DNA from: an uncultured Pseudomonadota bacterium | Lineage (GTDB): Bacteria > JAMCPX01 | Reading direction: 5' to 3' | Length of the DNA stretch: 64,000 bases | Assembly: GCA_964547905.1 (NCBI GenBank) | Contig: CAZJPN010000036.1 | Location: forward strand, 4,111 to 68,110 | Program-made: the position numbers and the translations under genes | Shown here: one piece after another, positions 57,495 to 64,000 of the stretch | Position numbering within the stretch: the first letter of the stretch is position 1 | Layout of the letters: each line of letters begins with the position of its first letter | Notes under the pieces: generated by a model | Seen by the model: only the letters and a program-made list of their open reading frames with translations | What the model was told of the DNA's origin: nothing | Databases searched by the model: none

Positions 57495-57731
57495 ATGAAG
57501 AAAAAAACAATTTACCAATATCCGGTGTTCATTGAACCATGTGATGAGGGTGGTTTTTTTGCAACGTGCCCCGCACTTGCAGGCTGTCATGTGCAGGGTG
57601 AAAGACTTGAGGACATACTAAACGAGATGAAAGCAGTAATTGATGCATATCTTGAAGATCTCAAGTCACACCATGAGTCCATACCGAAACCTACCAAATT
57701 CACAATCAGCTCAATTGGGGTTGCTGTTTAA
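57495..57731 (+). CDS. hicB: HicB-family antitoxin (UPF0150)
   Basis: YQYPVFIEPCDEGGFFATCPALAGCHVQGERLEDILNEMKAVIDAYLE. The start is set at MKKKTIYQ. The ORF is open from 57414. Confidence 0.8.
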   Translation: MKKKTIYQYPVFIEPCDEGGFFATCPALAGCHVQGERLEDILNEMKAVIDAYLEDLKSHHESIPKPTKFTISSIGVAV

Positions 57732-57965
57732 GTGTCTACGCGGTTTCTTGCTGTTACCGCCAAACAGATTATTCGTGTTCTCCTACACTTAGGGTTTAAG
57801 TTCTCCCGCCAAGCAGGAACAAGTCATGCTATATATTTTAGAGCTTCTGATGGAAAAAGGACCGTAGTTCCTATATATGCTGGAATAACTCTCAAGCGTA
57901 AAGCTATGAAAGCCATTCTTGCCGATATTGGTATTACAGTTGAAGAATTACGTAATCTTTTATAA
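57732..57965 (+). CDS. hicA: HicA-family mRNA interferase toxin
   Basis: GTG start directly after the hicB stop. KQIIRVLLHLGFKFSRQAGTSHAIYFRASDGKRTVVPIY fits the HicA/YcfA pattern. Confidence 0.8.
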   Translation: MSTRFLAVTAKQIIRVLLHLGFKFSRQAGTSHAIYFRASDGKRTVVPIYAGITLKRKAMKAILADIGITVEELRNLL

Positions 57966-57982
57966 CCCTCGTGTAAGAGCTT

Positions 57983-57998
57983 TGGCACATTGTTTGTT
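57983..57998 (+). promoter_or_regulatory. Sigma-54-like promoter candidate (imperfect -12)
   Basis: TGGCAC-ATTGT-TTGTT. The -24 is consensus, and the -12 has GT instead of GC. It lies 18 nt before the ATG at 58016. Confidence 0.3.
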
Positions 57999-58015
57999 AC
58001 ATCATAAGGTGTGTA

Positions 58016-58882
58016 ATGATTTCTGTTATAATAGTTAATTACAATACAAAGGATTTGCTGAGAAATCTTTTAAACTCTCTTAAGAAATTCTTTCAAGGAG
58101 AGAAGGTCATCCTTGTTGATAATGCATCGTCAGATGACAGTGTGGATATGGCCTCTCACGAGTTCCCCTGGGTGAGTCTTATCGCAAACAAGGACAACGT
58201 TGGTTTTGCAAGGGCAAACAATCAGGCTATGGACATTGCCCGCGGCGATGTCTTTGTCCTTATAAACAGTGATGCGGAGCTGATCGACGACAGCCTGAAG
58301 CAGGCTGTATCCATGGTAACGAACAATAAAGATTATGGGCTTATCGGGTGTAAGCTGTTGAACAGCAATACCAGCACCCAGTTTTCTGTCGGCAGGTTCC
58401 CGGGCATTTTGTATACGTTATTATCAAATACCGGATTAGGATTGCTGCTGCCTGCCAATTTAAAATCAAAACTGTTTGCAGGCAGGTACTTTGATTACAC
58501 CAAACAATCAGAAGTGGATTGGGTTATGGGTGCATGCATGATAGTACGGAAAGATGTCTATAAACAGATCGGCGGGTTAAATACCGGTTATTTTATGTTC
58601 GGCGAGGATATGGAATGGTGCTACCGCATAAGAAACTCAGGGTATAAAATCTTGTATACCCCTTCATCACAGGTTAAGCACCACTTCAACAAGAGCGGCT
58701 CTTCCGGTGCTGCAAAGCGCTACGAGCTTATGTACAAAAACTACTACTCGTTCTGCAACACCTATCTCGGCAAACATGAAACAGCCGTTATAAGAATACT
58801 GAATATCATAGGGCTGCTGCTCAGATATATGGCTTACAAAGCAGGACTGATTAAAACAACCGCCCCATTCCTGTCTTATTGA
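58016..58882 (+). CDS. Family 2 glycosyltransferase
   Basis: ISVIIVNYNTKDLL...VDNASSDDS...NSDAE. Confidence 0.85.
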   Translation: MISVIIVNYNTKDLLRNLLNSLKKFFQGEKVILVDNASSDDSVDMASHEFPWVSLIANKDNVGFARANNQAMDIARGDVFVLINSDAELIDDSLKQAVSMVTNNKDYGLIGCKLLNSNTSTQFSVGRFPGILYTLLSNTGLGLLLPANLKSKLFAGRYFDYTKQSEVDWVMGACMIVRKDVYKQIGGLNTGYFMFGEDMEWCYRIRNSGYKILYTPSSQVKHHFNKSGSSGAAKRYELMYKNYYSFCNTYLGKHETAVIRILNIIGLLLRYMAYKAGLIKTTAPFLSY

Positions 58883-58901
58883 AGGAATGGTGTCAAATCT
58901 T

Positions 58902-59035
58902 TGCAAGCTGTCCGACAATGTCATTCTGAGGCTTTAGTTGAGAATCTTTTTTTATAACTCGTTAAAAATATTAGATTCTTCACTTCATTCAGAATGACAA
59001 AACCGGGTTTTTTTTGAATTGTCGGACAGCTTGCA
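58902..59035. repeat. 134-nt composite palindrome between convergent glycosyltransferase genes
   Basis: The outer arms are a perfect 18 bp (tgcaagctgtccgacaat at 58902-58919, and attgtcggacagcttgca at 59018-59035). The inner arms are gtcattctga (58920-58929) and tcagaatgac (58989-58998). Confidence 0.85.
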
Positions 59036-59053
59036 AGAGAGGGAAAAAAGTAA

Positions 59054-59138
59054 GGAATTGTCGGACGGCATGCTTGACGGGAGGTATTGGATACCCGTGC
59101 AGGGCTTTAGTCAGAAGACGAAAATTATCGGACAACCT
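59054..59138. repeat. Two further direct, degenerate copies of the AATTGTCGGAC arm motif
   Basis: gaattgtcggacggcatgcttgacggg occurs at 59055-59081 and aattatcggacaacc at 59124-59138. ggctttagt recurs at 58930 and 59103. Confidence 0.6.
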
Positions 59139-59272
59139 CTTAATGGGGAGAAAATTTTACATGTCTGTTTCGAACATGTGTTGACATACCCTAAGAATTT
59201 ATCCTTGCAAATCCAAACGATTATTTTAATATACAAGTCCTGATTGCAAGTTTTCAAATGAGATTTTTGTAG

Positions 59273-60343
59273 TTAATTCGTGTTTTTATAATCTTTTATC
59301 GCCTTCATTACCGATTTGCTATCATTCCATCTCATTTTTATTATCCTTTTTGCTATGCGAAGAACATTCGCAGCTTTTATAAACGCTATCTTTTGAGGAT
59401 AATACTTACTATGGTATTTCAAACTTCCTTTTGTATAGTAATATTCAGCAAAGGAACTCGCTCCGTGCATTCCCATCCCGCCTTTATGATAACAAACCGC
59501 ATCTCTACATACTTTCAATGTATAGCTTTGGCGAATTGCTTTAGTACACCAATCGGTTTCTTCCCAGTATAAAAAATATTCTTCCGGCAGAAGGCCTAAA
59601 ACCTTAAAACTTGTTATATCTGTAAATAATGCGCCACCCGATATAAAGCTTAACTCATCAAGTTTTTTTGCCTCCTTTATGAATTTTATTGTTCCTGTAT
59701 AATGATTAATTTTTCCTCCACCTAAAAACAGTATTTTATCCGATTCACTATAAGCTTTAACCGTAAATCCATAAATGACTTTTTGGGGTTTGTCGGAATT
59801 TACGAAATCTATTGCGGTTTGTAAGCTGTTTCGATTTAGTATCATATCGGGGTTTAGCAAAAGGACCATACCTTGGCTGTTAACGCTGAGCAACATTCTC
59901 AAGGCTACATTGTTGCCACCTGCAAAACCGAGGTTCTTGCCAGTTTGTATTAAAATCAATTTGGTGCTTGTTGTAAGATAAGAAAGATCTTTAGAATTTG
60001 GGTAGATAGAGGTTTGCCCTTCAATATCTAAAATGGAGCTATGTAAAATATTGCTTTGATTCTCAGCCTTTTCTCTTGAGTAAATAAGATAGAGAAGGGG
60101 CTTTTTTTCAGGTGGAAAGGATCTGTTTCTTAATGGATGTGCAGGGCTAATCCATACAGATAATTTGCCCTCAGCCCAGGCTCTAATATATTCTAAAGAA
60201 TTATCCGAAGAATCGTTGTCAATAACAATAATCTGATAGTTTGAATAATCACTTTTAAATATGCTTTCCAAACATTCAATAGTATTTGCCCAACTATTGT
60301 AGTTAAGTATAAGTATATATATTTTAGGATGTTTTGAATTCAT
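59273..60343 (-). CDS. Family 2 glycosyltransferase
   Basis: KIYILILNYNSWANTIECLESI...VIDNDSSDNS. Confidence 0.85.
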   Translation of the reverse strand: MNSKHPKIYILILNYNSWANTIECLESIFKSDYSNYQIIVIDNDSSDNSLEYIRAWAEGKLSVWISPAHPLRNRSFPPEKKPLLYLIYSREKAENQSNILHSSILDIEGQTSIYPNSKDLSYLTTSTKLILIQTGKNLGFAGGNNVALRMLLSVNSQGMVLLLNPDMILNRNSLQTAIDFVNSDKPQKVIYGFTVKAYSESDKILFLGGGKINHYTGTIKFIKEAKKLDELSFISGGALFTDITSFKVLGLLPEEYFLYWEETDWCTKAIRQSYTLKVCRDAVCYHKGGMGMHGASSFAEYYYTKGSLKYHSKYYPQKIAFIKAANVLRIAKRIIKMRWNDSKSVMKAIKDYKNTN

Positions 60344-60406
60344 TTAAAATAGGGCTTTCATTATCGGTATTTTTATTCCTATTAGTTATGCCTATGTAAT
60401 TCCTCA

Positions 60407-61378
60407 TCATTGGTCAACAGTTTTTCTCTTATGCATAAAAAAAGCTTTATAGCAGGCTTTTATATTTGTTATTTCAGCTTCTACAAAGCCTTTAGATTCA
60501 CTGTAATTCTTCCTAATAATAAATAAAATGCCGATTTTGATATAACCGGTTATAATACGTCTTGCGTGCTGAATTGCCATAAGTAAATACCGTAAAAGCC
60601 ATGTAGAAGGGTGGTATTTCTGGAAGATGTATTTTAAGGAACTTGCCCATAATATAGCTAAATAGGAATTAGGAACATATTTAGATGATCTACCATGTAA
60701 ATGGTATATGCTTGCTCTTGGGTAGGTTGTAATAATGTAATGGGATTTTCTTAGCCTTAAAGAGATATCGGTTTCTTCATCATACAGAAAAATATTATTA
60801 TCAAATCCACCTATCTTGGAAAATGACTGTTTCGTAAACATCATTGCACTACCATGTATAATATCCGGTATAAATGTTTTTTGTTTGTCTATATATTTTT
60901 TGTAGGTAAGTTCTTTATACATGAAGAACCTCTTTAAAAGAGGTGGGGCAACTATATCAAGAATTTGTACAGAAATATGGGCATAAAATTTGTGATAGAA
61001 TTGAAGATTATTGTTGGCATCATATATTAGTGGTCCTGTTAGACCTACTTCAGCATGTTCAAGCAGATAACAGCTCATGTCTTCTATACCATTTAGAATC
61101 AGAGTGTCAGGGTTAAGAAAGAACAACACGTTTCCTTTTGCATGCTCTGCACCTATGTTGTTTGCTTTACCAAAACCAAGATTTTTATTATTTCCAATTA
61201 TTTTTACCCACGGAAATCTTTCTGTTATGGCATTAATGCTGCCATCTGTTGAGCCATTGTCCGAGACAATAACCTCATAAGGGATTTTATGGATCTTATC
61301 CTTAATGGATTGAATACACTCAAGGATTTCTTTCCTTACATTGTAATTGACGATAATTATAGAGAGGAATGTTGACAT
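60407..61378 (-). CDS. Family 2 glycosyltransferase
   Basis: LSIIIVNYNVRKEILECIQSI...VSDNGSTDGS...NPD. Confidence 0.85.
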   Translation of the reverse strand: MSTFLSIIIVNYNVRKEILECIQSIKDKIHKIPYEVIVSDNGSTDGSINAITERFPWVKIIGNNKNLGFGKANNIGAEHAKGNVLFFLNPDTLILNGIEDMSCYLLEHAEVGLTGPLIYDANNNLQFYHKFYAHISVQILDIVAPPLLKRFFMYKELTYKKYIDKQKTFIPDIIHGSAMMFTKQSFSKIGGFDNNIFLYDEETDISLRLRKSHYIITTYPRASIYHLHGRSSKYVPNSYLAILWASSLKYIFQKYHPSTWLLRYLLMAIQHARRIITGYIKIGILFIIRKNYSESKGFVEAEITNIKACYKAFFMHKRKTVDQ

Positions 61379-61470
61379 AAGATAAATTGAGATTTTATTT
61401 CTTTAAAAATTCTACTGATTCCAGAGAGCTTTCCGCCAATTTTTTTTAACAACATTCTACCTGCTTTATA

Positions 61471-62337
61471 TTATAATGTCTTTATTAAATGACTGTAGTT
61501 GTTTTTGTTCATCAGGATAAATTTTGGGAAAGAATCATCCAGTGCAACGAATTTATATGAAAAATTTCTGCCAAAAATATCCTGCCCGTTGTTTATTGCG
61601 AATTCAATGCTATTAGTATCTTTAAACTCTTTTTTGTCATATTCAGTGTGAGCAAACGCCTCCAGCTTTTTTATAATAGAATTCACCCCCCCGAGATAGC
61701 TGAAATGCCATCCGCCATTATCAACACAAAAGAGTCTTTTCCCTTTTAAATCAATATTTATAAATTTCCATAGTTTTACCCGCATACGATGAAGGAACCT
61801 TTCGGGATAGTAATCCCGCATCTGTATCACTACTTTTCGTAAATCCTGTGGGGTGGTAAGATCGCTATAATTAACCATAGCAGTTCCTGTCCACTTATAT
61901 CTGCCGGCATTGGTTACATTTATACAATTTATAAAATAATAAAATGATTTTTGTTTGAAAATCTTTATTCCGGGTTTGCTCTTGTATTTAGAAATTTTTT
62001 CCGGATTTGGGATTTCGTCTAAATCGGATATCATGATCACATCGTTTGCGTTACAATTTTTTAAGCCATTCATGATCATATTTCTCTGGTAATTTTCAAG
62101 AACCCATGTCTGTTTACCATGATAATCCGGATATCTATCTACGACAACATGGATTATTTTATCACGGAATTTTGAGTAACGGGCTATGTTTTCTAAAAAA
62201 TGAAGCGGCTTATCTTTACCGTGGTGAGTTTTTGTTGCTTCAACAAGCACAAATTTATCCACCGAGTCGTTAAGGACATTTAATCGTATTTCCAATAGAT
62301 CAAGTTCATCAAAAAAGATAAAACAATCGTAAATCAT
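61471..62337 (-). CDS. Family 17-like glycosyltransferase (bisecting GlcNAc-transferase homologue)
   Basis: MIYDCFIFFDELDLLEIRLNVLNDSVDKFVLVEATKTHHGKDKPL and ISDLDEIP are the GT17 signature as I remember it. Confidence 0.7.
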   Translation of the reverse strand: MIYDCFIFFDELDLLEIRLNVLNDSVDKFVLVEATKTHHGKDKPLHFLENIARYSKFRDKIIHVVVDRYPDYHGKQTWVLENYQRNMIMNGLKNCNANDVIMISDLDEIPNPEKISKYKSKPGIKIFKQKSFYYFINCINVTNAGRYKWTGTAMVNYSDLTTPQDLRKVVIQMRDYYPERFLHRMRVKLWKFINIDLKGKRLFCVDNGGWHFSYLGGVNSIIKKLEAFAHTEYDKKEFKDTNSIEFAINNGQDIFGRNFSYKFVALDDSFPKFILMNKNNYSHLIKTL

Positions 62338-63551
62338 CTTTGATTCCCAATTTTTAATATAGCATTAAAATGGTTGATAAGGTTATCCGTTGCTTTTTCC
62401 CATGTCCATTTTTCTCTTATAAACTCAATTGCATTTTTACCCATTAAAAGTCTTTTATCAGGCTCCTGTATAAGATACTTTATAGCGTCTGAAAATTTAT
62501 CTAAGTCTCGTTCAGTAACCATACCGGTAATACCATCCAAAATGCTTTCTCTTATTCCACCCTCACTCACGCCTATTACAGGGGTTCCACAAGCCATTGC
62601 CTCCAAAGGTACCAGTCCAAATGGCTCCAAATATGGTGCATACAATACCAACATTGCTTTATTATAGTATTTAATAAGCTCTGTATCAGTTATACTAACT
62701 CTTATCTCCATATCAACATGATTCTTTTTTGCAAGTGCATCTAATATGTTTCTTTCACTCGCATTATCTTCGTCGCTAATGATAACAATCTTGGGTTTGT
62801 CATGTAATTTTCCAATTGCCTTTATTATAAATCTAAAGCCTTTACTCTGTATTATACGACCAACGGACAATATAAAATTTTCTTTTTTAATATTTTTATT
62901 TGGTTTAAATTTTTCTGTATCTACTCCGAGATACACAACGTATGAGTTTAATCCATAAGCCCGCATTACAGATTCATGTGAATAGTGAGAGTTAACAACT
63001 ATTCTTGAAGCATGCATGGTATTTGATTCATCAATAGATTTTATCAGGGTACGAAAGAACAATCCTCTTACGTTACGAAAAAAGGAATTACTGAGTGAAG
63101 AATTGTAAGTTTCTTCAATCAAAGGATGCTCATTCACCCATCTATGCGGTTCCTGAATGTAGTACAAAGAGGGTATTTTCAAATATTTTAATATGAAAGG
63201 GCTCTGTGTAATAACGGAATGATGCACAAATACAAGTGCATAATCGGTATTGTTTATTTTTTCAGCAATATGTTTTTGATTCATCGCTTGGGATAGAAGT
63301 ATTGTTCTTAGATATAACCATCTGAAGCCTGTAATGTTTATATCAGGGGATAGTGTTTTTACAGGATAGACAAATTTCTTATCAACTACCTCATCAAGCG
63401 GTAGGAACTGCTCATTGGCTGTTTCTGGCAAGTATGCATCTATGGTATATCCCCTTTTCTTAAGCTCTTTTGAAAACTCATAAAGAGCCCTTTTAGCCCC
63501 TCCCTGAGGAAGGTTATGAAAGACGGCAATCTTCATGTTACTTTCCTGCAT
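62334..63551 (-). CDS. GT-B glycosyltransferase (family 4)
   Basis: EPFGLVPLEAMACGTPVIG. Confidence 0.85.
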   Translation of the reverse strand: MQESNMKIAVFHNLPQGGAKRALYEFSKELKKRGYTIDAYLPETANEQFLPLDEVVDKKFVYPVKTLSPDINITGFRWLYLRTILLSQAMNQKHIAEKINNTDYALVFVHHSVITQSPFILKYLKIPSLYYIQEPHRWVNEHPLIEETYNSSLSNSFFRNVRGLFFRTLIKSIDESNTMHASRIVVNSHYSHESVMRAYGLNSYVVYLGVDTEKFKPNKNIKKENFILSVGRIIQSKGFRFIIKAIGKLHDKPKIVIISDEDNASERNILDALAKKNHVDMEIRVSITDTELIKYYNKAMLVLYAPYLEPFGLVPLEAMACGTPVIGVSEGGIRESILDGITGMVTERDLDKFSDAIKYLIQEPDKRLLMGKNAIEFIREKWTWEKATDNLINHFNAILKIGNQR

Positions 63552-64000
63552 TGAATCAGAAGAGCTGCACCTTTATCTTTCGATTTTACATCTAATAAAT
63601 AATATTTGTTTAAATACATGAACCAGAAAATCTTTAAAACAGATATTGGTGTGAAAGATAGTGCTTTTGCTTTATAAGATCTCAGCATGATAAAAAATTC
63701 TCGTGTAAAAAACTCCTCTATCTGATCCCATTTTGAAAATACTTTTTCAGGTAGATAATAATTGATCTCTATTTCTTTAAACCCAATTTCAAATAACAGT
63801 TTTTTCCATTGCTCCGGTGACATGTAATAATAGTGTTCATGCCTTAAATCATTTTTTTTTATGTATTCCTGTGCCTTATCTTCACGGCCAATTTTTATAT
63901 AGTTTTTGTAATGGTATAGATAATCATGATAATTCTCACTTGGTACCGTCAATATAAACATACCAGATGGTTGTAAAATTCTGTAGACTTCTTTAATAGC
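63533..64000 (-). CDS. Class I SAM-dependent methyltransferase (partial; N-terminus beyond the window)
   Basis: The frame is open to the window edge. AIKEVYRILQPSGMFILTVP is the typical post-motif-III segment of the Methyltransf_11 type. Confidence 0.65.
   Translation of the reverse strand, partial: AIKEVYRILQPSGMFILTVPSENYHDYLYHYKNYIKIGREDKAQEYIKKNDLRHEHYYYMSPEQWKKLLFEIGFKEIEINYYLPEKVFSKWDQIEEFFTREFFIMLRSYKAKALSFTPISVLKIFWFMYLNKYYLLDVKSKDKGAALLIQCRKVT

Noticed and set aside
59019-59243. 74-aa ORF in the repeat-rich spacer
   Set aside because: It starts inside the palindrome arm, has no SD, and its composition is driven by the repeats.
1-64000. tRNA, rRNA, tmRNA, integrase, transposase or phage structural genes
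   Set aside because: I recognised none in any intergenic region or ORF translation. In particular, the duplicated 5361-5568 / 6061-6269 non-coding segment has no cloverleaf-like structure that I can fold by eye.

Overview
This is a chromosomal window from an AT-leaning, Gram-negative-type bacterium. The taxon cannot be fixed from the sequence; gene content looks like a Nitrospirota- or Deltaproteobacteria-like anaerobe. About 90% is densely packed housekeeping DNA. It holds uvrC, a regulatory PTS cluster (hpf-hprK-rapZ-EIIA(Man)-ptsH-ptsI), glyQS, ppdK, dTDP-rhamnose and UDP-xylose sugar genes, pfkA, rho-rpmE-prfA-prmC, yceD-rpmF-plsX-fabD-fabG-acpP-fabF, an rpiB-glyA fusion and nrdR. It also holds two envelope-glycosylation modules and a glycosyltransferase cluster at the right edge.

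The accessory parts are three:
- Bases 1-5360 form a defence-island-like operon next to an R-M-type methyltransferase tail. It encodes a DUF4065/Panacea protein, an unknown 126-aa protein, a PLD-SNF2 helicase and a HARE-HTH nuclease. This is my best candidate for an undescribed system.
- Bases 5361-6741 are a diverged head-to-tail duplication of the uvrC 3' end plus its downstream region, which looks like an att-type scar.
- Bases 56505-57965 are a small TA-type islet with hicBA and a nucleotidyltransferase-fold protein.

Other points of interest:
- a dispersed inverted-repeat element family (4 copies);
- a tandem-repeat tail on glyQ;
- a zinc-ribbon insertion in PPDK;
- a STAND-SARP regulator with a Ser/Thr kinase and a double-FHA protein;
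- sigma-54-like promoters.

I found no rRNA, tRNA, CRISPR array, integrase or transposase. All family assignments come from motif recognition by eye, with no database search.
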